A stretch of DNA of 32,000 nucleotides from a virus (IMGVR_UViG_3300045988_181567:1-32000); one strand, 5' to 3'; numbered from the stretch's first letter, positions 1 to 8,452 are shown. Made by a program: numbers and translations. Notes: generated by a model not told the origin, from the sequence alone.

Positions 1-109
1 GTATCCGACAACGGATGCTCTTGTTTGCTATACCAATTTTCACCACCTTAAAATTTCTCTCGAAAATTTTGTTTTGGGGCTTGACTTTTAATAGTTAGTC
101 TTTCAGTAT

Positions 110-1480
110 TTAGATGATTTGTATCCATGCTCCCGCATGGCAAACAACTTGAACTTTGGAAATTGCTACTGACTTACTTTTCCCGTTGACGGGAATCAAA
201 AGTCTTGTGCCTTTGTTATGGCACCCGCTTGTAATGTACGTTTTACCTTCGAGACGCACAGTGTCGTATGGCTGAATTGCATAGCGCTGCCTTCTTATAG
301 AGCGACGACCCCTCGATACCTTTTTGTTGCGGTACTTGTGCAGGTTTTCGGAATCTTTTTTGTGGTCGCGGCTGATTCTGCCGTTAAAAAGTTCCTTGCC
401 TTTTGCCTTGTTACCAGTGCGAGCGTCAATATAAGTGGCATCGTAGAATTTTTCCAGCACACGATTGTTACGCTTTATCTTTTCGTAATGTACGAATGTG
501 CAGCGACGGCTTGGATGAAGTTTACCCATTGCGTATGCATCATTATTATGACTCTTTTCAAGCTGAAGCGCGATGCGCTTTTCTTTTGTCATTGCGCCAT
601 AAGTGATGGTCACAAATTCTTTACCGAATGTGGCGTACAGTGCATTTACTATCTGCCAGCGAATAGCGTTCATAAACGCTGCACCTGTAAGGTTGGCAAA
701 CTTTTTGTCTTTACCAAAACCGAAGAGTTTACCTCCCTTTTGATGATTAGCTGGCGTATGGCATTTTTCACACGCTGTAACCAATTCATCAAGCTGATAG
801 CCATGTCTGCCTTTCCAGTAGAACATGTGGTGCATGTGCAAAATAGCACCATCCGTAATTTTGCGTTTACAAACCTGGCATGTGTAATTATCACGGTAGA
901 ACACCGCTTCACGCAAGGTTGCCAAGTTGTAGCGCGGGCCTTTCTGGTAGTCTGCGCCTTCTGGCTTTGCTTCACCTTTCTGGATAGATTGCAGCAACAT
1001 CGTGTCAAAAGAACCAACCTCAACAGTTGCATGAGTAATCGGAATCACAGATACATACCGTTCGATAAGGCTGATGTTCAACTGCTTCTTATGCTCCAGA
1101 GAGGGTGCAAGCCAACCTTCATCACGCTTGCGGTTATCGAAACGCGGTTTACGGTAACGCAGTCTGTTTCTTCGGGAACGACGCATCTTGCGACAATCAT
1201 CGTGATGTTCCTTCTCATCCTGCAATGTATCATATTGAGTAGATACATATTCGCGAGATTTGCTTTTTGCGCTGATACCGATGTAGTTGTAACCTACATC
1301 CTCGCAGATTTCGATGGGTTGGGTGTTTGTTTTGCTGTCATACAGCAGCTGGATGGTAAAGGGATGGTGTTTAACAATTTTCGCTTTTCCGCCTTTCAGA
1401 AGTCGGCGTACCTTGCTAAGACGGAAGGTAGGCATTAAGCGTTCACCATTGTTGCTGAGAACACAAACGCAAGTGTTCAT
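110..1480 (-). CDS. iscB: IscB-like RNA-guided HNH/RuvC endonuclease
   Basis: 456 aa. PLMP-type N-terminus (LMPTFRLSKVRRLLKGGKAKIVKHHPFTIQLLY), RuvC-I Asp in ICEDVGYNYIGIS, Arg-rich bridge helix (RKMRRSRRNRLRYRKPRFDNRKRDEGWLAPS), RuvC-II Glu (TVEVGSFDT), HNH (YTCQVCKRKITDGAILHMHHMFYWKGRHG...LVTACEKCH), RuvC-III (SHNNDAYAMG). Confidence 0.93.
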   Translation of the reverse strand: MNTCVCVLSNNGERLMPTFRLSKVRRLLKGGKAKIVKHHPFTIQLLYDSKTNTQPIEICEDVGYNYIGISAKSKSREYVSTQYDTLQDEKEHHDDCRKMRRSRRNRLRYRKPRFDNRKRDEGWLAPSLEHKKQLNISLIERYVSVIPITHATVEVGSFDTMLLQSIQKGEAKPEGADYQKGPRYNLATLREAVFYRDNYTCQVCKRKITDGAILHMHHMFYWKGRHGYQLDELVTACEKCHTPANHQKGGKLFGFGKDKKFANLTGAAFMNAIRWQIVNALYATFGKEFVTITYGAMTKEKRIALQLEKSHNNDAYAMGKLHPSRRCTFVHYEKIKRNNRVLEKFYDATYIDARTGNKAKGKELFNGRISRDHKKDSENLHKYRNKKVSRGRRSIRRQRYAIQPYDTVRLEGKTYITSGCHNKGTRLLIPVNGKSKSVAISKVQVVCHAGAWIQII

Positions 1481-1840
1481 GCAAGATACTCCTTTCGTTA
1501 AATAGTAATGAAACTATAAGTCAGGGCTTGCGCCCTGTGGTCCACTTCGCCAATGTTATGCACTGTTTTAGCCTTTCGGCATGGCAACCGCACATCTCCT
1601 ACCCTTAGAGATTTTTAACGTAATACATATCAACGGCTTGCGTCATTGACACATACACTGCCCGCAGAGCCCGACACTTGTGGAGCATAATCGGGGTGCC
1701 TATATTATGAAGATGATTGCTCATCAAATGCATAACGGAGTTCGCAGCAACCGAAGTTGCCGTTCACCAAGGCTAACCAACCGGGCTTACGGGTTTCCCC
1801 GCAAGCCCCGTCTATAACCGGCGAACCGGTTTAGGCGGGG
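1481..1840 (-). ncRNA. candidate omegaRNA (HEARO-like) upstream of iscB
   Basis: Non-coding interval directly 5' of iscB with many hairpins: CAGGGC-TTGC-GCCCTG (1522-1537), GCC-TTTC-GGC (1571-1580), GCTTACGGG-TTTC-CCCGCAAGC (1785-1806), long UUCG-capped hairpin (1806-1840). IscB genes normally have the guide RNA here. Exact ends not determined. Confidence 0.6.
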
Positions 1841-1861
1841 TTGTTGACTTCAATTCCCCTT

Positions 1862-2227
1862 TTAGTACGCTGTGAGCTTGGAAATATCCATGTCATAGCG
1901 TTCATATTTGTGGATGTAATCGAAAACGGTGTTCATCTGTGCCTGAGTTGCGGTTTTGGTGGCGTCCATATCGAGAAATGTTTTTCCCAAAGACGGATTA
2001 CGAACCGCAATCCAACCGCGCCGGTACAGGTAATCGAGACCCTTCCCGCTCCAATCATAGGCCATGTCCAAGACTTCCTTATCAGAGAGGTTCAGGCGTA
2101 TTCTGTTTTGCATGATGATGCGCCCCGCAAGAGCCGCATGTTCTCCAAACTCGCAAGGATACCATGTTCCGTCCGGAGCAATCATGCCGTATTCAGATAA
2201 CTTCTGGATATTGTTAGATTCGTTCAC
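1862..2227 (-). CDS. hypothetical protein (121 aa)
   Basis: Uninterrupted ORF in the minus-strand gene train. Confidence 0.75.
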   Translation of the reverse strand: MNESNNIQKLSEYGMIAPDGTWYPCEFGEHAALAGRIIMQNRIRLNLSDKEVLDMAYDWSGKGLDYLYRRGWIAVRNPSLGKTFLDMDATKTATQAQMNTVFDYIHKYERYDMDISKLTAY

Positions 2228-2246
2228 GCAAATGACCCCTTTGTAG

Positions 2247-2783
2247 TCAGGTGTTGTTGTCCAAAAACTCCTGGCATTCGGTATCGTTCATCACGAACCC
2301 GAAATACGCCACACGCTTAACGGTCGTCTCCCAGACGCGCATCGTGCGGCTCCGGGGCTGTACGACCCAGGAATGACAACGCCAAAGCCCGTCCTCGGAA
2401 AGAGCGTACCCGGTCGCAATAGAGCAGTGACCACGGTTTGCATCCCAAAGATAAGCGGAATTCGCGTGACATTGACTGGGCTGACCCTTGCGCATATAGC
2501 TGCTGCCATAGAAGAACTGCCCCCGACTGAGTGTTTTTACGGCGTCTTCGTCGTAGGCAGTCATGCAGACCTCATCTCCGCCGAAGCTGAGAATCTTGTC
2601 ATGCAGTGCTTTCATGGCATCGAGCATCTCCTTGGAGAATCTCGATTCGCCGTTATATACCTGATGGCTGTCAATCCACCGCTTCCAATCATCACTCATC
2701 GGATTCCAGTGAATCGGCGTAGACATCTGCTCGGGTGCTGTGATGGGTTTCAGGCTATTCCAGCCTTTTCGTGTAAGTGTCAT
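2247..2783 (-). CDS. hypothetical protein (178 aa; CHANSAYLW...TGYALSEDGLWRCHSW)
   Basis: ORF with 4-nt overlap to the upstream gene. Confidence 0.8.
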   Translation of the reverse strand: MTLTRKGWNSLKPITAPEQMSTPIHWNPMSDDWKRWIDSHQVYNGESRFSKEMLDAMKALHDKILSFGGDEVCMTAYDEDAVKTLSRGQFFYGSSYMRKGQPSQCHANSAYLWDANRGHCSIATGYALSEDGLWRCHSWVVQPRSRTMRVWETTVKRVAYFGFVMNDTECQEFLDNNT

Positions 2784-3133
2784 CTCGTTACCTCCGCTGG
2801 TTTCAGGAGTTTATCGATTCTTGCAATGATTTCATCGCGCTTCTCTCCGCTCGGAATCGAGTCACTGTGACCCTTATCCGTGAGAAGCGTGTCGAACATG
2901 GCAAGAATTTCATTCGGATTGACCGGCTTCTCGGCAGAGGCACGAAGATAGGCTTCGATATCTTCCACGAGATTCCAGTATTCCATGCCATACAGCATCG
3001 CACTGTTTTCGTTGCTATGCCGGTCTTCTTCCTCGCTTGCATCACTGCAAACGATAGGAAGTTTTATCTCGGCGAGATAATCGTCAAAGATGTCCGCAGT
3101 ATAAGCGGCGAGCCAGCGAATATTGGTATTCAT
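2780..3133 (-). CDS. hypothetical protein (117 aa)
   Basis: ORF overlapping the next gene by 4 nt, translational-coupling style; RBS-like GAGG upstream. Confidence 0.75.
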   Translation of the reverse strand: MNTNIRWLAAYTADIFDDYLAEIKLPIVCSDASEEEDRHSNENSAMLYGMEYWNLVEDIEAYLRASAEKPVNPNEILAMFDTLLTDKGHSDSIPSGEKRDEIIARIDKLLKPAEVTR

Positions 3134-3142
3134 GATTTTTCC

Positions 3143-3328
3143 TCACTTTCTTTCAGCTTTTGCCGCAAGCATCATCCCGCAGCATTTGTTCAGGCAAATG
3201 ACACTGACCACGAGCAGCGCGATATTGTGCAGCGTGAAGGACTGTGCCAAAGCACTGATGCTCAGGAAGATGAAGAGAACAAACAGGACAGCTAAGGTTT
3301 TGAAGAAGGTATAGATGATTCTGTTCAT
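3143..3328 (-). CDS. small membrane protein (61 aa)
   Basis: Hydrophobic segments FFKTLAVLFVLFIFLSISA and IALLVVSVICL. Confidence 0.6.
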   Translation of the reverse strand: MNRIIYTFFKTLAVLFVLFIFLSISALAQSFTLHNIALLVVSVICLNKCCGMMLAAKAERK

Positions 3329-3352
3329 GGTAATGCTCCTTTTTTGCTCCGG

Positions 3353-3703
3353 TTATCGAAGCATGTCAACGATTTTTCCGACCAACTCATCATTGGTCAC
3401 AAACTGGTTGCGGCCCCTGGCACCGAGCGATACAGAGGAGTAATCCTTCATATCGGCGGCATAGCGAACCATATTCTTGTCGGCAATCGGCTGATAGCAA
3501 GACCGTTCTGTGGTCACATACACGCATTTTCCGTTCAGGATATTCATGATGTGTCCGTAGCAGCCCGTCTGCTTGCCGTTGCGCTGCATGTTTTGCAGGT
3601 TATGCGTCAGCATCAGACCGTCGTTCTCCTTCTCGGCACAGGAGAGCATAGACAGTAGTTTTCGAGTCTTATACGCAGTGTTTGTCATAGTAAATCGCCT
3701 CAT
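3353..3703 (-). CDS. hypothetical protein (116 aa)
   Basis: ORF in gene train. Confidence 0.65.
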   Translation of the reverse strand: MRRFTMTNTAYKTRKLLSMLSCAEKENDGLMLTHNLQNMQRNGKQTGCYGHIMNILNGKCVYVTTERSCYQPIADKNMVRYAADMKDYSSVSLGARGRNQFVTNDELVGKIVDMLR

Positions 3704-3706
3704 TTT

Positions 3707-4507
3707 TTAGAAATACTTGTAAGCAGCGTTCAGCCGCTTGTTGTAGAGTTGTAAGGTGGTCAGGGTCCCGCAATAGACCTTGCTGGACGAGATAGGGACA
3801 TTCACCCCGGCTTCCATGTGCGAGAAGAACATCGCAAGACAATCTTCTACACTGTCGCTCGTGGTGAGTGTCTCGTATACCGGATACGAGTACCCAGCTG
3901 CCTGACTGTAGGTGGCATTGAGCTCATGGACAAAGAATTGGACCTGACCGGACACGGAACTTGCATCCAAACCCGATGCATAGCACCAGTTCAAGAGATT
4001 CGTCTTACGGCCGTGTGTCCATTGCAGAAGCCCATAGCCTCCGTCGTTCGGATTCTCGGCAGTAACACGAAGCCCGCTCTCCATTGCCATGCACCCCATC
4101 ACAGCTGCAGTGCCGGCCTTAGAAAGACCTGCATCCCGCAACGCTGTATAGATGGCGTATTCATTGTCAGAAAGGTTCTGAGGCATCGTGTCCGTCACAG
4201 GTTCTTCTGCCGGTTCCGCCGCAGTCTCTGCCGTCTCGACAGAAGGCTCAGATTCGGGCTCTGTCTCGGTCACCTCCTGCTCAGGTATAGGCAGTACCGG
4301 CGTGAAAGGCGGCTGAGCGTTGAGTTCACGAAGATGAACCTCCAACGGCGTGACATACTCGATATCGGAATCATCATCAGATGACTTTACCGGCGCAGCA
4401 TACGCAGGCGTCGAGAAAAAGCAGGCTAAGCAGCCTATGATGGTGATGATGCTGAGCATAAAAGCGGTGGTCCCGGCATAGAATTTCTGTTTGTCGTTCA
4501 TTTTCAT
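3707..4507 (-). CDS. secreted/membrane-anchored phage-tail-lysozyme-like protein
   Basis: N-terminal hydrophobic signal, acidic Pro/Glu-rich linker, C-terminal domain resembling phage tail lysozyme (GTAAVMGCMAMESGLRVTAENPNDGGYGLLQWTHGRKTNL). Confidence 0.75.
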   Translation of the reverse strand: MKMNDKQKFYAGTTAFMLSIITIIGCLACFFSTPAYAAPVKSSDDDSDIEYVTPLEVHLRELNAQPPFTPVLPIPEQEVTETEPESEPSVETAETAAEPAEEPVTDTMPQNLSDNEYAIYTALRDAGLSKAGTAAVMGCMAMESGLRVTAENPNDGGYGLLQWTHGRKTNLLNWCYASGLDASSVSGQVQFFVHELNATYSQAAGYSYPVYETLTTSDSVEDCLAMFFSHMEAGVNVPISSSKVYCGTLTTLQLYNKRLNAAYKYF

Positions 4508-4591
4508 TTGTGATTACTCCTTTGAATAAAAGTTCCCGCCGACAAAAGCTGTCTGGCGGGATGTGATTGATGTTCGGTTGTCGGAAAAACT

Positions 4592-4810
4592 TCATGCTTC
4601 ACGGACTACGATGGCGGTATATCCGCTGTTGGCAAGATACCGATACGCTGCATCATAGGCGTCGCCGAGCGTTGGGGCTTTGACATACCCGATAAAATCG
4701 GAGCAGATAACCATGCCGGAAAAACCTGGGTTACCGGCATAGATGGCGAAGCGTGTGTTTTTCTTGGAATTGCGATTAAACATAGCGGACCTCCTTGCAG
4801 TCGCGTTCAA
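4592..4810 (-). CDS. hypothetical protein (72 aa)
   Basis: ORF with AAGGAGG RBS directly upstream; located downstream of leader element A. Confidence 0.65.
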   Translation of the reverse strand: MNATARRSAMFNRNSKKNTRFAIYAGNPGFSGMVICSDFIGYVKAPTLGDAYDAAYRYLANSGYTAIVVREA

Positions 4811-4840
4811 AAAGATGGATACGGATTTCTGAAAACAAAA

Positions 4841-4978
4841 AAAGCAGACCTACCACGAATGGTAAGTCTGCCTAATTTGAAAACAGAATTGTGAATGATG
4901 TACGCCCGAAAGATTCGGCTGTGTAGAATGTTATCTATCGTACAATACCAATTCTATGCCGTTCGCAAGGATACGCAA
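4841..4978 (-). promoter_or_regulatory. Leader element A: promoter + conserved leader + intrinsic terminator
   Basis: Minus strand: TTGCGT-N16-TAGAAT (spacer contains TTGCGAA), then TGGTATTGTACGATAGATAACAT, hairpin CCGAA-TTCGG, ATTCACAATT box, terminator GCAGACTTACC-ATTCGT-GGTAGGTCTGC-T7. Confidence 0.8.
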
Positions 4979-4987
4979 GAGAAAAAC

Positions 4988-5022
4988 AAAAAAAGGCGAA
5001 GTCTTCCGAAAAAGACTCCGCC
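4988..5022 (-). terminator. Rho-independent terminator downstream of the 183-aa gene
   Basis: Minus: GGCGGAGTCTT-TTTCGGA-AGACTTCGCC-TTTTTTT. Confidence 0.85.
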
Positions 5023-5082
5023 ATGGTTTTGTGTGCGATTTTTGCATTTCAGTGTTGTTATTCACGGCACATTTCTCGCATC

Positions 5083-5634
5083 TTATTCTTCCTCAAGCCA
5101 TTTCTTGGTGATGTCAAGAAGGCATTTTCGGAATTCAGGAGCGGGCTGCATCGGAATCGAAGACCACTGAGAATCGAGAACGACAGGGTATTCGTACTGA
5201 TTGCCGTTATGCGAAAACGGTATGAACTGAACTTCTCCGTCCACGAGCCATAGCTTTTCCGTTTTGATGGGGTCGATGTACTCCGTCAGCCAGCATTCGT
5301 GCGTGACAACGGAATCCGCCACGAAATACTTTGTCTTATCGTCCAGTATCAGTGCTGGATTGTTATCCTCGACACAATACACTCTTCCGACGAACGGCAG
5401 GAGCATCGTCTCGGCGGCGTGTTTCGCGCTTCTCCCCTGCCGAATTTCCGATAGCAGGAAACTCGATATGAAATGCGGGATACCGATGCCGGTCAGGCAG
5501 TCATCGAGTGTGTGTCCGGTACAGATTCTCGGTGTTTCCTGGTCCTCCCCCTTCATCCGATTCGTAGGGATTTGCGGAACGACCTTGTCCGGCAAGCATC
5601 CTGTATTCGCCATGAGATGAAATAGTATCTGCAT
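5083..5634 (-). CDS. hypothetical protein (183 aa)
   Basis: ORF; downstream terminator. Confidence 0.75.
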   Translation of the reverse strand: MQILFHLMANTGCLPDKVVPQIPTNRMKGEDQETPRICTGHTLDDCLTGIGIPHFISSFLLSEIRQGRSAKHAAETMLLPFVGRVYCVEDNNPALILDDKTKYFVADSVVTHECWLTEYIDPIKTEKLWLVDGEVQFIPFSHNGNQYEYPVVLDSQWSSIPMQPAPEFRKCLLDITKKWLEEE

Positions 5635-5642
5635 TATGGGAC

Positions 5643-5888
5643 TTACTCCTTCGGCAGTTTCTTGCGAAACGGGTCAAGGTCTCCTGGCCTATAGACCGAC
5701 TTGACATAGGATTTGATGTCGTCTTCTCCAAGGCTCTCAAAGAGATTCAGCCAGCATTCGGCTTCAATCCGCATCTCGCCGCCCATTTGATACGCTTTCT
5801 CGCACTGCACCAAATCAAACTGAAAATCGTTCTTGTAGCGGCAGTTTTCGGCTGCTTTTGCAAATTTCGTAAATGTTCTGGTATTCAA
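5643..5888 (-). CDS. hypothetical protein (81 aa)
   Basis: ORF preceded by AAGGAGG; downstream of leader element B. Confidence 0.75.
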   Translation of the reverse strand: MNTRTFTKFAKAAENCRYKNDFQFDLVQCEKAYQMGGEMRIEAECWLNLFESLGEDDIKSYVKSVYRPGDLDPFRKKLPKE

Positions 5889-5916
5889 GGTTTACCTCCT
5901 TTTCTGTAATCGAAAT

Positions 5917-6046
5917 AAAAAAGCAGACCCTCATTTCGAGAGTCTGCTCTAAGCACATAACAGATTGTGAATCTACCGGTATGGGGAATCAGAAGATGGT
6001 ATCTATCATGCACTTACTATTCTATTCGATTCGCACAACTGTGCAA
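5917..6046 (-). promoter_or_regulatory. Leader element B: promoter + leader + intrinsic terminator
   Basis: Minus: TTGCAC-N16(GTGCGAA)-TAGAAT, GATAGATACCAT, ATTCACAAT box, terminator AGCAGACTCTC-GAAAT-GAGGGTCTGCT-T6. Confidence 0.75.
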
Positions 6047-6104
6047 GGGGGATTTTAAGATGCAGCTACGCTTTCGATGGTTTCCCCGCAGCTACGCTTC
6101 CTGC

Positions 6105-6605
6105 TCATTCAATGGCGGCAGCTACGCTTTCGATGTCGTCTGCGTTCAGGTTGATGTATTGCCACGATTGCGGGGCGCGTTTCAGGTGCAGCTGATGCAT
6201 GGGCAAAGAGAGCTTACGGACGTTTGAGATGTTCCAGCCATACAGCATGCCGGTTTTGTTGCCATACTCGAACAGCGCGGCTATATCGATACAGCTTTCC
6301 CGGATAAACTTATCCGCCATACCGGACAGCTTTTCGCCGTCTGCATAGTAAGGAGACAATCCTGTCAGGCAGTTCAGCTGGTCGATGTCCTCGCAGGTAA
6401 AGACCCCGATGATTTCCCCTGCACCGCCGTTCGCCTTCGTCTCATAGCAGAATACAGCGAATGGAAACGAGATTTCCCAAGGCCGAGATTTGCGGACTTC
6501 GAGCGTCTTTTCACCAGACATGATTTTAGCAAGCCATTCGCGTTTTATCGAAATGACGACCGCTTTGCCGTCATTTACCGCGAGTGCATTTTTGAGAACC
6601 GTCAC
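6105..6605 (-). CDS. ASCH (PUA-like) domain protein
   Basis: VVISIKREWLAKIMSGEKTLEVRKSRP...FAVFCYET...GEIIGVFTC matches the phage ASCH family pattern. Confidence 0.8.
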   Translation of the reverse strand: MTVLKNALAVNDGKAVVISIKREWLAKIMSGEKTLEVRKSRPWEISFPFAVFCYETKANGGAGEIIGVFTCEDIDQLNCLTGLSPYYADGEKLSGMADKFIRESCIDIAALFEYGNKTGMLYGWNISNVRKLSLPMHQLHLKRAPQSWQYINLNADDIESVAAAIE

Positions 6606-6611
6606 GACTCA

Positions 6612-7166
6612 TCACTCCTCATATTCGTAGTCACAAAAGCTGTTGACCTTTCCTTCTGTCTGTTCGTATTCGGACATAAATTTTGCGACAGCCAACTCGA
6701 AGTGCCCACGGCTGATACCAGTGACATCCGAAAAATCGAGAAATGCGTGCTCAAAGTTGCTAACCATAGCCACGAGAATGTACGATTCAAGTTCCTTGGA
6801 GAATTCTTCCGGAGTGCCATCGAAATGGATGGTGACATCCTTAGATTCGTCGTCAGGGTCAATATAATTCGAAACAGCCTCATCCTTCGCACTGGAGAAG
6901 AACCCATCGACATTGTCACTCACTCGCAGTTCAGCGGAATCGCTAAGCGGTACATTCAGCCCACCTGCAGCTTCCGATTCGGCCATCAGTTGCATAACAT
7001 AGTAGCGAAACATGAGGAACGCGCACACACCCGTAGGCTCAAAATTCTGAATGACCTTTTTCAACTGCGCCTGACGGTTGTTTACGACTTTGTAGTTTGC
7101 TTTCATCAAATCTCCTTCTTTAAAAATTGCTTTACAACGCATGAATATTTGATTTGCCGGGTGCAA
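6612..7166 (-). CDS. hypothetical protein (probable start MKANYKVV...)
   Basis: ORF; internal Met preceded by AAGGAG. Confidence 0.7.
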   Translation of the reverse strand: MHPANQIFMRCKAIFKEGDLMKANYKVVNNRQAQLKKVIQNFEPTGVCAFLMFRYYVMQLMAESEAAGGLNVPLSDSAELRVSDNVDGFFSSAKDEAVSNYIDPDDESKDVTIHFDGTPEEFSKELESYILVAMVSNFEHAFLDFSDVTGISRGHFELAVAKFMSEYEQTEGKVNSFCDYEYEE

Positions 7167-7809
7167 ACATCAGCGGCTCGTCCGTTACTTTCAGAACGGT
7201 GCCGTCCCCTTGCCTGCGCGCATACAGGATTGCTTTGAGCATCTCATAGGCAAGTTTGCTGTTGTAGGCAAGCCCTGCGTTGGAGATGCCGAAATTGCCA
7301 TTCCAGCCAACCCTTAGTTTTCTCAGCTGTGGAATCAGAAGGTCACGGGCTTCCGCTATGCCGATGCCGCCCCAACGAGCGTCATGATACGCCTGCAGCT
7401 GCGGTTTGTTGTCGGTATCAGCTATATCGAGAACCTCATAGATGATGCTGAACTGTCCCATTAGGATTCTGGAATACGCATCGAGGATGGCAGCAGCTTT
7501 TACCCAAGCACTTTCGTTCATGTCGATGCGCTTAGTATACGGGGTCTCCTTGTTCCCTGCCCCGATATCCACTGCCGCGAGCGCAGTGTGATAAATCTCC
7601 TTTGCTGCGTTTTGCATGAAAGGTACGGGAGCGGTGACCTTGAAATCCGTGAACATCGTATATGCCTTTTCAATATCCGCGTCATGCACACCGTAGGCGT
7701 CACCCACTTCTTTGCAGATGGAAGAAAAATCATTGCCGTAGAATGTCTGCATCACCTGCATGATATGCAAAAACAGCTGATACTGCTTTTCGGTCATTTC
7801 GAAAATCAT
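7132..7809 (-). CDS. hypothetical protein (225 aa)
   Basis: ORF downstream of a consensus-like promoter at 7835-7863. Confidence 0.8.
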   Translation of the reverse strand: MIFEMTEKQYQLFLHIMQVMQTFYGNDFSSICKEVGDAYGVHDADIEKAYTMFTDFKVTAPVPFMQNAAKEIYHTALAAVDIGAGNKETPYTKRIDMNESAWVKAAAILDAYSRILMGQFSIIYEVLDIADTDNKPQLQAYHDARWGGIGIAEARDLLIPQLRKLRVGWNGNFGISNAGLAYNSKLAYEMLKAILYARRQGDGTVLKVTDEPLMFAPGKSNIHAL

Positions 7810-7834
7810 GGCGCACCTCCGTTACTTTATTAGC

Positions 7835-7863
7835 ATTATACCACAAATGTGTATTCAGTACAA
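7835..7863 (-). promoter_or_regulatory. sigma70-like extended -10 promoter overlapping a palindrome
   Basis: Minus: TTGTAC-N17-TATAAT with TGG before the -10; overlaps TGTACTGAATACA. Confidence 0.8.
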
Positions 7864-7952
7864 CCATGAACGCTGATTCGTAACAAATAAGATACAAACA
7901 AAAAAGTGCCCCTATATTCCTCGACTGAAATCGAAGATTTTAGAGGCAGTGG

Positions 7953-8038
7953 CGCTCATGGAAGGATTCGAACCTTCGGGCGATTTCTCACCGGCGGTTT
8001 TCTGGACCGCTGCCATCGGCCGCTCGGCCACATGAGCA
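7953..8038 (-). tRNA. tRNA-Ser-like, apparent anticodon AGA
   Basis: Type II tRNA; acceptor GCTCATG/CATGAGC, anticodon arm GCGGT-CCAGAAA-ACCGC, GAAGG-TTCGAAT-CCTTC T arm. Position 33 appears to be C. Confidence 0.7.
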
Positions 8039-8040
8039 TA

Positions 8041-8179
8041 TGGCGCAGAGAGCGAGATTTGAACTCGCAAGCGAGGAGTGATTTAGCACCTGCTACAATT
8101 ATGGTTAAATTGATAGTAAGTGTTGTTTTGCCTCGTGACTGGGTAGCAACCAGTTGCCATACCGTTAGGCGACCTCTGC
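8041..8179 (-). tRNA. tRNA-Ser(GCT) with greatly enlarged variable region
   Basis: Acceptor GCAGAGG/TCTCTGC + G + CCA; anticodon arm ACTGG-TTGCTAC-CCAGT; T arm GCGAG-TTCAAAT-CTCGC; variable region 69 nt (8069-8137). Confidence 0.75.
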
Positions 8180-8205
8180 ATGTAAACACCCTATGCAGGG
8201 TGCGT

Positions 8206-8282
8206 TGGTGACCCCTGGCAGACTCGAACTGCCGACTCCAGCTTGAGAGGCTGGCGACTTGGACCAACTTGTCGAAGGGGCC
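8206..8282 (-). tRNA. tRNA-Glu(CTC)
   Basis: GGCCCCT/AGGGGTC acceptor, anticodon arm CCAGC-CTCTCAA-GCTGG, T arm GGCAG-TTCGAGT-CTGCC, encoded CCA. Confidence 0.88.
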
Positions 8283-8285
8283 TTA

Positions 8286-8370
8286 TGGTGTGCCGGGTAG
8301 GATTCGGACCTACGAACCGAAACGGAGCGGTTTTACAGACCGCTTGCTTTAACCTCTTGCTTACCGACAC
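8286..8370 (-). tRNA. tRNA-Tyr(GTA)
   Basis: GTGTCGG/CCGGCAC acceptor, anticodon arm GCGGT-CTGTAAA-ACCGC, long variable arm, encoded CCA. Confidence 0.9.
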
Positions 8371-8373
8371 ATA

Positions 8374-8449
8374 TGGTGCTCCCGGCTGGAATCGAACCAG
8401 CGACACATAGGGCTTCAACCTACTGCTCTACCAACTGAGCTACAGAAGC
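8374..8449 (-). tRNA. tRNA-Phe(GAA)
   Basis: GCTTCTG/CGGGAGC acceptor, anticodon loop TTGAAGC, GCTGG T arm, encoded CCA. Confidence 0.9.
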
Positions 8450-8452
8450 AGA

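Noticed and set aside
218-1438. 406-aa plus-strand ORF over iscB
   Set aside because: Opposite frame is a clear IscB with all motifs; this one has no recognisable domain.
1740-1765. Possible eighth KTGCGAW promoter upstream of iscB (CTGCGAACTCCG)
   Set aside because: No matching TTGC -35 and TAnAAT -10 at the required 16-nt spacing.
8041-8179. Reading the tRNA-Ser anticodon loop TTGCTAC as a CTA amber suppressor
   Set aside because: The 5-bp stem ACTGG/CCAGT fixes the anticodon as GCT; CTA would require an unpaired, shifted arm. No suppressor tRNA was found in this window.
7906-8418. Small ORFs such as 7906..8211 (+), 7956..8267 (-) and 8191..8418 (-)
   Set aside because: Conceptual translations of tRNA genes; no independent coding evidence.
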